From NCBI GenBank assembly GCA_030390025.1, contig CM059425.1, positions 15,500,001 through 15,564,000 of the forward strand: DNA of 64,000 nt, in the 5' to 3' direction. Positions 1 to 11,299 of this stretch are shown in pieces; the first letter of the stretch is position 1; each line of letters opens with the position of its first letter. Source of the stretch: Squalus acanthias. Taxonomy: Eukaryota. The notes below the pieces were generated by a model. That model had not been told where the DNA came from, ran no database searches, and saw only the letters and a list, made by a program, of their open reading frames with translations. The position numbers and the translations under genes were made by a program.

Positions 1-257
1 TGGGCGGGGTGTACAGTGGGTGGGGTGTGGGCGGGGTGCGGGGTGTACAGTGGGTGGGGTGCGGGGTGCACAGTGGATGGGGTGTAGAGTGGGCGGGGTG
101 TACAGTGGGCGGGGTGTACAGTGGGCGGGGTGTACAGTGGGCAGGGTGTACAGTGGGCGGAGTGTACAGTGGGCGGGGTGTACAGTGGGCGGAGTGTACA
201 GTGGGCGGGGTGTACAGTGGGCGGAGTGTACAGTGGGCGGGGTGTACAGTGGGCGGC
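1..257. repeat. 16-bp minisatellite GTACAGTGGGCGGGGT
   Basis: Direct tandem copies, running off the window start. Confidence 0.9.
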
Positions 258-714
258 TGATCCACAACCGGCAGATTATCTTCTGTGCTGAAAGTGAGGT
301 AGGGCGCTTATTGGGGTGGGACTTCCACCTGCCACTGTGACCCCACCGTAACACTGACCACTGCTGCACATGAGGAGGTGGCCAGCCAGTTAACAGGGTG
401 GAAGAACCCTGAAGAGGAACAGAGAAAATTTATTTAGGCTTTGAACTAGACCATGACCTAAATCAATTAGTTGTTGGGGCCGTTATGGAGGGCGAGGAGC
501 CCACAACTAGGCCCTCACCCTCCAGGCAACGAGCTAGGGTGTCTGCCACTGCTGCCCCAGGGACCATTGGCACGGTTTACATTTACCCGCAACGGGGGGG
601 GGGGAATTGAAGTCGGGGCGGGACGAGGAGCGAGAGAGAGAGAGGAAAACAAGTGACAGAGTGACGGGGAGAAATAAAGTGAGAAAGTGGTGATGTGATA
701 GGGACTGAGGCCAA

Positions 715-744
715 GAGATAAGTGAGAGAGATTGAGATAGAGAT

Positions 745-776
<32 letters not shown>

Positions 777-910
777 TGAGATAGAGAGAGATTGAGATAG
801 GGAGAGATTGAGATAGAGAGAGAGATAGAGAGAGATTGAGATAGAGAGAGAGATAAAGAGAGATTGGGATAGAGAGAGAGATAGAGAGTTAGAGATAAAG
901 TGAGATAAAG
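715..910. repeat. GA/GATA-rich microsatellite
   Basis: (GA)n interrupted by GATA and GATT. Confidence 0.9.
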
Positions 911-1766
911 AGGAAGAAAGGGCATGGATGTGCTAAGGGAAAAAAGCAAATGAGACAGAGAGTAAGAGAGGAGATGAGGTAAGAGATGGGAATGTGCTGT
1001 TAGTGAATCTGTAGCCACATGGCCTCAATTATGTGAGATACGATACGAGAGAGAGGGGGGAGGGGACTTTTTTTTTTATTCGTTCATGGGATCTGGGCGT
1101 CGCTGACAAGGCCAGCATTTATTGCCGTTATTCGAGCTGCTTTTATAAGTAGTTATCAAGCAGCCAAGAGGTGAATTCTGGAAAAATCCCGACATTCTTT
1201 TCTGGATTTATAGCAACTGTAAGGACCCACAGTCACCCTCGTGACGAACCAGGCTTGGTGCAGCTGCAAGCTCCCACGGGCTGAGCGCTTTCTAAGTGCT
1301 GTTTCTACCATGGTGCTTCTGAGTTCGAGGGTTGGGCGGCTGGGAACTCTGCCAGCCGTTGGATGGGGAAGGTGCTTGAACTCAACGTTCTGAGTAACTG
1401 CAGCAGATGCAGGAGCCCTGCCCTCAAACTCGTTAACCCTTTCAGCACCGGACTAGATGGATGTTTTATCCTTGCGAGTGAAATGTCATTGCTGGGCCGC
1501 GAAACTCAAGAACTTGTCAGTGTCGGAAATGTGATGACCTCACTGTAGTTGCTGACGACAAAATAAACAATTTGAGATCGCACAAAGCAGATGGGCTGAG
1601 AAGGACAGGGAGCAATAACGTTATAGTCACAGAGGATGTCATTCGTGACTTTGGTCAGGATAGTCTATGACATAGGCAGATGCCAGACTGGAGGGATTCA
1701 AACAGGGATCTGGGTGGCAGCAGAACGCACCAGGACCTTATATAAGAAGTCACAAGCATGGGGGTT

Positions 1767-2210
1767 GAAAGAACTTGCATTTATATAGCACCTTTCACGA
1801 CCTCAGGACACCCCAAAGCGCTTTCCAGCCAATTAAAGTACTTGGAAGTTTAGGGAAATGCATCAGTGAATTTGCACACAGCAAGATTCCACGAGCAGCA
1901 ATGAGATAAATGATCAGATAATCTGTTTTAGTGATGTGGATTGAGGGATAAACATTGAACAGGAGACGAGGAACTCCCCAGCTCTTCAAGTAGAACCATG
2001 GGATCTTTTACATCCACCCGAGAGGGCAGACGGGGCCTCGGTTTAACGTCTCATCCTAAAGATGGCACCTCCAACAGTGCAGCACTCCCTCAGTACCGCA
2101 CTGGGAGTGTCAGCCTAGATTACATGCCTCAAGTCTCTGGAGTGGGACTTGGAACCAACAACCTTCTGACTCATAGGTGAGAGTGCTACCCACTGAGCCA
2201 AGGCCGACAC
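1767..2210 (-). mobile_element. tRNA-derived Deu-domain SINE (SacSINE1-like)
   Basis: Head GTGTC..TGGCTCAGTGG (A box) and GGTTC (B box); Deu core TGCACTGT.GGAGGTGCC.TCTT..GATGAGACGTTAAACCGAGGCCCCGTCTG; tail AAAGGTGCTATATAAATGCAAG. Confidence 0.85.
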
Positions 2211-3723
2211 TCTTTTAAGCATTAATATATAACTGAGCTGGAATATGAGCACGGTTCAGCTTCTTAATTGCAATGACGTGAAGCGATCAGAAGGTTATTT
2301 ATAGAAAGGAGAAATGGTTTGAGTTAATCATCCAGAATTCTAACCATGTTCTGCGGCTTTTAAGCCCATCTATGTTTTATTTGATTATGTTTTATTGCCT
2401 TGTTTGTGTTGTAGTTTGTCCTCTTTATCCCTCCTCTTTACATGGGAGGCACCATTCCCCAGTTAGTGGCATAGATGCATTTAAGGGGAAGTACATGAGG
2501 GAGAAAGGAATAGAAGGATATGCTGATCGGGTTAGATGAAGTAGGGGTGGGAGGAGGCTCGTGTGGAGCATAAACACCGGCACGGACCAGTTGGGCCGGA
2601 TGGCCTGTTTCTGTGCTGTAAATACTATGTAGAGGGGCAAGGAGGCAAACAAAATCAATACCTGCCTGTAGGGAGTGGACGGAAACAGCTCGGGATGGCG
2701 GTGAAGCGAGTGGCTCATTGACCTTCCCTCTTTAAGAGGAAGTGTCAAGGCTTTTGCTCCATGCTTTCCCCCTGGGAAGGGCAAGGTTAGAAGGTCGCAA
2801 GTGTGGGCAAGTGAAGAGACCAAGCCATGTCCTGCCAGGCTGACACAGAGCGGTGAATCTTCACGTGTCTGATTCCATCAGGTGGGAGGCGGGTGTTGTG
2901 AGCTGCCTGACCGTCCGATGGAATCGGTGTGAGGCCTGAACCGTTTTCACAGCCGGGCCTCATCGGAATAATCTCGGACAAGGTACCAGCACTGACGGGC
3001 ATCTTGCCAATTGGGAGGAGGGCGTGGTGGGGGGGGGGGAGGCCGGGAAATCCGACAGCTCCTCCGCAAAGGCGAGTGGGAAGCGGAGCCTTAAAGAGGG
3101 AGGGGGAGGCAATCCCGTGAGGTGGGGGGGAGGGGGGGACACAGATTTTCGTGGGGCTACACGGAACATTAATGTTCCTCCTGACCCCAGATAAATCATC
3201 ATAAAACCTTTTACCAACTGTTTTTTGAGCAGCTTTGAGGACCACTGCATAGGCCACTCTACACCTAGAACTAATGGGTGTGCCTGAAAATTGCCTCGGG
3301 ATCCTATGTACATGATAGTACACCAATATGCATAACTTAATGAAAGCGTCCACTTGAAACAGGCAGGTGCTCTGGCCACCCGTTGCCAGGACCAGACGGA
3401 AAAGGTGGCAGTGGGAATGTAGGGCGGGAAGTAGAGCACGGTCATTTTCCCTGCGCTACTGCAGCGAGATTCCACAGCGGGGCCCGCCCCTCGCTGCGGT
3501 TTAACCCTCACCCTCTCAGTCATATTCCAAATGTTTCTCCCATCTCCTGGAAACATGCTTACTGCAGCCCTCCAAAAACTGAAGAGCAACAGTATGAACG
3601 GGCCGGTGGGTAACTGCGCATCACGCGGTGCGGTACTGAGCCACAGAGACCAGGAAGATCTCGCGTTTGAGTCTCAGTCTGTTCTGAGTTAGTTGCTCTC
3701 TGCCAGCAAAGATTAAAAGGATG

Positions 3724-4192
3724 AAAGAAAGAAAGACTTGGGTTTCTACAGCGCCTTTCACGTCCTCAGGATGTCCCATAGCGCTTTACAGCCAATAAAG
3801 TATTCTTTGAAGTGTAGTCATTGTTGTAATGTAGCAAACGCGGCAGCCAATTTGCGCACAGCAAGATCCCACAAACAGCAATGTGATAATGACCAACTAA
3901 TCTGATTTAGTGATGTTGGTTGAGGGATAAATATTGGACAGGACACAGGGATAACTCCCCTACTCTTCTTCGAAATAGTGCCATGGGATCTTTTATGTCC
4001 ACTTAAGAGGGCAGACGGAGCCTCGGTTTAACGTCTCATTCGAAAGACGGCACCTCCGACAGTGCAGCACTCCCTCAGCACTGCACTGGAGTGTCAGCCT
4101 AGATTTTGTGCTCAAGACCTTGGAGTGGGACTTTGAACCCACAACCTTCTGACTCAGAGGCGTGAGTGCTACCCACTGAGCCACAGTTGACG
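3724..4192 (-). mobile_element. Deu-domain SINE
   Basis: Same head, core and tail as the 1767 copy. Confidence 0.88.
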
Positions 4193-4199
4193 GCCAGGG

Positions 4200-5107
4200 C
4201 ATAAGAACATAAGAAATAGGAGTAGGAGTAGGCCATTTGGCCCCTCGAGCCTGCTCCGCCATTCAATAAGATCATGGCTGATCTTCTACCTCATCTCCAC
4301 TTTCCCTGCGCTATCCCCATATCCCTTGATTCTCTTAATATCCAAAAATCTATCGCTCTCTGTCTTGAATATACTCAACGACTGAGCCTCCACAGCCCTC
4401 GGGTAGAGAATTCCAAAGATTCACCACACTCTGAGTGAAGAAATTTCTCCTCATCTCAGTCCTAAATGGCTGACCCCTTAATCTGAGACTGTGACTCCTG
4501 GTTCTAGACTCCTCAGCCAGGGGAAACATCCTCCCTGCATCTACCCTGTCAAGCCCTGTAAGAATTTTGTATGTTTCAATGAGATCACCTCTCATTCTTC
4601 TAAACTCTAGAGAATATAGGCCTAGTCTACTCAATCTCTCCTCATAGGACAATTCCCCCATCCCAGGAATCAGTCTGGTGAACCTTCGCTGCACTCCCTC
4701 TATGGCAAGTACATCCTTCCTTAGGGAAGGAGACCAAAACTGTACACAATACACCAGGTGTGGTAAATGACCCGTTTATTCCTACTCTCTGTTTTCTGAC
4801 CGTTAACCAATCCCCAACCTTGCTAGTATATTACCCCCAATCCCATGAGCCCTAATTTTGTTTAATAACCTCGTGTGGCACCTTATCGAATGCCTTCTGA
4901 AAATCCAAATACACCACATCCACTGGTTCCCCCTTATCTATTCTGCTAGTTACAACCTGAAAAAACAGATTTGTCAAACACGATTTCCCTTTCATAAATC
5001 CGTGTTGACTCTGCCCAATCCTATTATTATTTTCTAAGTGCCCTGTTACTACGTCCTTAATAATAGATTCTAGCATTTTCCCTACTACTGATGTCAGGCT
5101 AACTGGC
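4200..5107 (-). mobile_element. CR1 LINE fragment with internal deletion
   Basis: [18 protein letters not shown] and [11 protein letters not shown] (4852-5109); YCVQFWSP...RRMRGDLIE (4350-4754); TTCTTATG tail at 4200. Confidence 0.9.
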
Positions 5108-5778
5108 AATCTTACGTAACACCCACAGCTCCGAAGCTCATGAGGACAGTCTCAGTGACTCAAGCTCCAATGCATCCTGCCCCACTCTGTGGCGACTACC
5201 TCAGAACTCCCTCTATGGTGGCACATTTAAATGGAATCATGGAGGAAATGAGTGGGTGGAAGGGCGGAGGGTGGGGTGCGGCGGTGGTTGAACCATTACA
5301 GTGTAGCTAGAGCTCCAGCTTGCCATGGCCTCCAAATTAAATAACCAAACAACGTCCTTCAGGCCCTCAAAGAGTTACGGGTTCCCATTGGCAAGCTGCC
5401 AACCCTGGACGTTGGCCAACATGGCCCTTAACTGCCTCTTTAAGCAAATGAAGCAGAAAATCTATGGGAGCGTTGGCACCTCTGGATCAATGGTTCGCAG
5501 CTTGCACCTGATTGGAACAATGGAGGCCAAGGGCCCAACAGTGGCTCGGGATAGCGGTGGAACATCTGCTCAATATCCTGCTACACACCCGTCATTTCTT
5601 GACACAAAGCAGGATCTGTATTTTCTTATTCAAAATATCTTTGGGGCCCAGGGTACATTGGCTGAGAACACTGATGCACTGCTGGCTGTTTAAGTTGGAC
5701 GTACAGTTTCTCTAGAATCCTATTGTAGATTCCAAAAGCAAAACAGTTTTTAAAAAGCCGCCACACACCAGTGACTGT

Positions 5779-6218
5779 GAAAGAAAGACTTGCATTTATA
5801 GCATCTTTCACAACCTCAGGACACCCCAAAGTGCTTTCCAGCCAATGAACTACTTTCTGAAGCGTAGTCACTCTTGTAATCTAGGAAACACGGCAGCCAA
5901 TTAGCGCACAGCAAGTTCCCACAAACAGCATTGTGATAACGACCAGATCATCTGTTTTTTAGTGAGGTTGGTTGAGAGATAAATGATAACTCCCCTGCTC
6001 TTCTTTGAAACAGTGCCATGGAATCTTTTACGTCCACCTGAGAGGGCAGACGGGGCCTAGTTTTACCGTCTCATCCGAAAGACGGCACCTCTGACAGTGC
6101 AGCGCTCCCTCAGTACTGCACTGAAGTGTCAGCCTAGATTTTGTGCTCAAGTTTCTGGAGTGCGATTTGAACCACCCAAACTTCTGACTCAGAGGCAAGA
6201 GTGTTATCCACTGAGCCA
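5779..6218 (-). mobile_element. Deu-domain SINE
   Basis: Same family. Confidence 0.85.
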
Positions 6219-6692
6219 GTACACCAGGGGCCTCAGTACACGTTGTCCGTTAAGAAAATGCAGTCCCAGCCTTGGCCAGGTGCCAGCACCTAATGCCCAG
6301 GTTGAATCAGCAAGTTTGTGCTGGAACGATGGGACAGTAACCGCACTGCTGGCGATGGTGCAATCCCAATCACTCGGCTCGTTTGGTGCGATATCTGCCT
6401 AGAGTTCACTATATCACCATGGAAACATTAATGGTGCGCGACGGACAATTTGTTTCCACCGATGGGTGTAAAGGGGCTTAGTGTGGGCAGCTCACATCTT
6501 CAATGAAGGTTTGTATTGTTCAGATTTTTCTTCTTTTTGTTGATATTGGTAGGTCTACTCTGCTTTGGTCTGTAGCACGGTCGTGATCTTTAGCAGCTGA
6601 GATGGAGCTGTGTTAAACCTGGCCTGCCCCTTTAAGGCCACTGCTCAGGTGCCCTCCGTGGGGAAGTGGTGTAAATAGGGTAAATGCAGGTA

Positions 6693-6900
6693 TTGAGGGC
6701 AATTAAAGGTGACTTGTGGCTGCTTGTAAATTTCTGGCTCCTGGCATCGGGGATACCTAGAACTGGACACAGTATTCTAGATGGGGCCTAACCAAGGTCT
6801 TGTACAAAGACACTATGGTGCCCTTTGTTTTGTATTGGATCATCTCAGCTGTACATCCTAATACCTTATTTGCTTTTGCTATAGCCTCTCGGTAGTGTGA
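6693..6900 (-). mobile_element. Old CR1 fragment (related piece at 8864-8981)
   Basis: AKANKVLGC...[16 protein letters not shown] read on the minus strand. Confidence 0.6.
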
Positions 6901-6989
6901 GTACAGGCTAGTATCCTTCATGATCTAATGACGGTACGGGCAGATATTCCTCCTCATCTAATGGCAGTATGGTAAGTGCATGGGCAGGT

Positions 6990-7627
6990 GTCCCTGCTGG
7001 TCTAATGGTGGTATGTATATGAGTTGGTGTCTGCTGGTCTAATGGTGGTAAGTATATGAGTTGGTGTCCCTGCTGGTCTAATGGTGGTAAGTATATGAGT
7101 TGGTGTCCCTGCTGGTCTAATGGTGGTAAGTATATGAGTTGGTATCCCTGCTGGTTTAATGGTGGTAAGTATATGAGTTGGTGTCCCTGCTGGTTTAATG
7201 GTGGTAAGTATATGAGTTGGTGTCCCTGCTGGTCTAATGGTGGTAAGTATATGAGTTGGTATCCCTGCTGGTCTAATGGTGGTAAGTATATGAGTTGGTG
7301 TCCCTGCTGGTCTAATGGTGGTAAGTATATGAGTTGGTATCCCTGCTGGTCTAATGGTGGTAAGTATATGAGTTGGTGTCCCTGCTGGTTTAATGGTGGT
7401 AAGTATATGAGTTGGTGTCCCTGCTGGTCTAATGGTGGTAAGTATATGAGTTGGTGTCCCTGCTGGTCTAATGGTGGTAAGTATATGAGTTGGTGTCCCT
7501 GCTGGTCTAATGGTGGTAAGTATATGAGTTGGTGTCCCTGCTGGTCTAATGGTGGTAAGTATATGAGTTGGTGTCCCTGCTGGTCTAATGGTGGTAAGTA
7601 TATGGGCTGGTGTCCCTGCTGGTCCAA
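6990..7627. repeat. 39-bp minisatellite, ~16 copies
   Basis: Unit TGAGTTGGTGTCCCTGCTGGTCTAATGGTGGTAAGTATA. Confidence 0.95.
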
Positions 7628-8342
7628 TGTGTCTGGGTTAATACCTCTGGTGGAGTAATCGTGGAATTGCTTCAGATTCAGGGCAAGATCATTTTGAGAC
7701 CAATTAATTAAAACATTCACCTATCATGTGCAGCGCTAGATAGACATTGTTAACATTGCATTACAGGTCTTCTATGTTAAATAACAACAGAAAACGCTGG
7801 AAAAACTCAGCAGGCCAGGCAGCATCCGTGGAGAGAGAAAGAGAGTTAACGTTTCAGGTCGATGACCTTTCGTCAGAATGTTTGCAGTTGCATGGTAATT
7901 CTATCAAAAGGAATGATTTTCCTGGAGTTTGATCCGCCTCATCCTTCTCTGATAAACAGGACTCCTGGTCACTGCCAGTCTGATGCAGTAAAAGGCACTC
8001 GTCAGATGATTAACATGGAATTTAACCAAAGTGCAACTAAAGTTCAAAGCTTGGGAATGCTGCCATTGCCTAGATAATTTCGGGATACGTACTTATTATG
8101 GGAAATGATAAAATGTTCTGTTTGAAGAATGGAGCAACAAAGCAACTTGTGGGAGCAATCCAACTCTCACAGGGCTCCTGTTAATCTGTTGTTAGCTCAT
8201 TATGAAATGTCTGTACACTGATTCTGTACCAAAACACCACTCTCATCTAGGATTTACACTGGGTCACGGCAGTCACGGTGGCACATACTGATGAGGGGAG
8301 CCGTTCGGTCCTTCTAAAGAGAGGTCATTTGGCCCATCTGTT

Positions 8343-8564
8343 GCAAAAGCAAAGATACTGCGGACGCTGGAAATCTGAAATAAAGACAGAAAATGCCGGA
8401 AACGCTCAGCGGCTCAGGCAGCATCTGAGCAGAGAGATACAGAGGTCGTCGACCTTTCGTCAGGCCTTCTGTTGAAGGGTCATCGACCTGAAACGTCAAC
8501 TCTGTTTCTCTCTCTACAGATGTCACCTGACCTGCTGAGCATTTCCGTCATTTTCTGGTTTTAT
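8343..8564. mobile_element. Two Penelope-like terminal repeats in inverted orientation; single copy also at 7789-7878 (-)
   Basis: AGAAAATGCCGGAAACGCTCAGC..CAGGCAGCATCTG versus CAGATGTCACCTGACCTGCTGAGCATTTCCGTCATTTTCT; same family as 42750-42848. Confidence 0.7.
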
Positions 8565-9840
8565 TATGGCTCATCTATTGCCCTGGTTTCACAGGCTGCA
8601 GCTTGGCAAGAAGGTTTTGTCCTGTCGACTTCGAGACTGGAGGAAGCTTGATTAGGACGCGTGCAGTGACCGCTTTCTTCCTCTCGGTGGGTAGAGGGTA
8701 GATTAATGGAACAGTGTAGATAATGGATTGGGGGGGTGGGGGGCGGTGTGGGTGAGATCATTGTCCATTCAGGGTGGGCTCCCGGAAATTGGGTCAGGGG
8801 CGCGGTGGGGTCAGAGTTGCGGGTAGAACCCTCCTCTGGCAGAATGGGGAGAAATCCAGGCATTTGAGGGCAACTTAAGGTGAATTGTAGGCGCCTGTCA
8901 ATTTCTGGCTCCTGGTCTCAGGGACACCAGAACTGGACACAGTATTGTAGATGAGGTCTAACCAAGGTCTTGTACAAAGACAAGGAACCCTCCTCGGGCA
9001 GGATGGAGGGAAATCCAGGCTTTACTGTCTAGGCTCACGCCCAAAAAATGCCCATTTCGGTGAAGTACCAGAGGCCTTTAGTCGAAGAGGAAGGGAGAGG
9101 ACGGGAGACATTCCGTTAAAAAAAAATGGATGTTACATTTCCTGGGATGAAAAATTGGAGAGTAAACAAAAACAAAACCTTCAGCAAAACCTTTCGCACT
9201 CCATTCACTTAGTCATAATTAATTGAAAATATACATACAGTCCCCAAAGCTCTTAGTGGGCGCGTTGGTGCTGACGTGGTTTGCCCACTGTACGCGGCGG
9301 GTGGTCTATCCCTTCTGTCTGCAACACTCGTCATGTTCAGACAAAAGAAACGAATCGTCAGTGAAAGTGATTTAATGCTAAAATGTCAAAAGGCACAAAA
9401 AATATATTTTTTTAATCAAGATTCGGCTATTACTTTTGTAGAAGGACGTCATGGTTTTGGATGTTTTAGAATGTTGCTGAAGTAGGTGTAGTCAGAAAGC
9501 TGAAAAATAAATGAGAAGTGCAGTAGAGTTGTAAAGATGGGCGGGGACGGTTGTACTACACAGCAGATGAAAGATTATCCGCTGGCTGCTTAGTACTTTG
9601 GAACATAACGAGCTGTAATTCACTTTGTTACTGCAGTCAGTGCTGAGCAGCGCTAACCCGGCATCCATTAGAGGTGATTAAGTAGACAAAGGAATTGCCC
9701 CTTAATGAGGTGAGAACTACTGAGTGAACACCCATTTCTGTCAGAGATACATGGAGCCACTTAACACAATGTAAGCGCTAACTTTGCAATAATGGAAAAT
9801 GGTACCACTTTCTGGCCCAATTAAACGTGGGCGGTTTAAG

Positions 9841-10218
9841 CGCCTTTCACGACCACCGGATGTCCCAATGCGCTTTACAGCCAATTAAGTACTTTTTGAA
9901 GTGTAGCCACTATTGTAATGTAGGAAACGCGGCAGCCAATTTGCGCACAGCAAGCTCCCACAAAACAGCAATGTGATAATGACCAGGTAATCTGTTTCAG
10001 TGATGTTGATTGAGGGATAAATATTGGCCCAGGACACCGGGGATAACTCCCCTGCTTTTCTTCGAATAGTGCCATGGGATCTTTTACGTCCACCTGAGAG
10101 AGCAGACGGGGGCCTCGGTTTAACGTCTCATCCGAAAGACGGCACCTCCGACAGTGCAGCACTCCCTCAGCACTGCACTGGAGCGTCAGCCTAGATTTTT
10201 ATGCTCAAGTCTCTGGTG
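9841..10218 (-). mobile_element. Deu-domain SINE, truncated at both ends
   Basis: Same family core. Confidence 0.85.
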
Positions 10219-10517
10219 GGGACGAGAAGCATATAGAATCATACAGCACAGAAGGAAGCCATTCGGCCCATTGATCCTGTGCCGGCTCTTTGAAAGAGCT
10301 ATCCAATTAGTTCCACTCCCCTGCTTTCCCTATAGGCCCACTGATTTTTCCTTTTCGAATATATATACAGTACATATTTTTGATGGTACATCTCCAAGGA
10401 GATGAAAGCAGTATGGAGTGTCTCCAGGTGCTTGTGAGAGGTGTGCACTCAACCAAATCCCGTCAGTTTCTCAAAACTACAAGGGTTTGGGGGAACCTCA
10501 TGGGTCGGCAAAACAGT

Positions 10518-10971
10518 TACATAGAAACATAGAATCTAGGAGCAGGAGTAGGCCATTCGGCCCGTCGAGCCTGCTCCGCCATTCAATACGATCATGGCTG
10601 ATCATCCAAATCCAGTACCCTGTCCCTGCTTTAATCCCCACAGTACACATATCCCACCCTACCCCTGTAACCCCATGTATTTAATTCCCCCTAACATATC
10701 CCATCCTATCCCCATAACCCCACATATTTAATCCCCCCTAACACTAAGGGTCAATTTATCACAGCCAAATCAACCTAACCCACACATTTTTGGACTGTGG
10801 GAGGAAACCGGAGCACCCGGAGGAAACCCACGCAGACACGGGGAGAATGTGCAAACTCCACACAGACAGTCACCCGAGGTCAGATTCGAACCCGGGTCTC
10901 TGGCGCTGTGAGGCACCAGTGCTAACCACTATGCCACCGTGTTGCCCTAACCACTATGCCACCGTGTTGCC
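10518..10971 (-). mobile_element. V-domain SINE (HE1-like) with CR1-derived tail and duplicated head
   Basis: tRNA head GGTGGCATAGTGGTTAGC...GGTTCGAATC; V domain GTGTGGAGTTTGCACATTCTCCCCGTGTCTGCGTGGGTTTCCTCCGGGTGCTCCGGTTTCCTCCCAC; tail matches the LINE at 36765. Confidence 0.85.
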
Positions 10972-11151
10972 ACGGTTCTTGTTCTAAGGGGCAAAATCAA
11001 TCCAAAATAAAAACCTGATTGGGATAGTTTTAAAATCTGGGAATTGGTCAGTGGATGTCACCAAAATTTGACTATCGGAAGCTGCCTATGATTACTGTGC
11101 AGTGATCCGTGATTACAACGTGACCTTATCTTTGCCTTTCTCTCCCTCCAG

Positions 11152-11299
11152 TATGTGTTCGATTACCATAATGGCGATGTGTTTGGCTGTGTTGCGGACA
11201 TTGGTTGGATAACTGGGCACAGCTACGTGGTGTATGGGCCTCTGTGCAATGGAGGAACCACAGTGCTGTTTGAGAGCACCCCTGTCTACCCCAACCCAG
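11152..11299 (+). CDS. ACSS1: ACSS1-like exon (~exon 6), 148 bp
   Basis: tctccctccag|TAT...CCAG|gtaatg; [49 protein letters not shown]. Confidence 0.95.

Noticed and set aside
6908..7720. 270-aa and 200-aa repetitive ORFs
   Set aside because: Read-through of the 39-bp minisatellite.
1..11151. Expected upstream ACSS1 exon with the YTSGSTG/PKG motif
   Set aside because: Not found by eye; probably upstream of the window. Absence here is not evidence of pseudogenisation.
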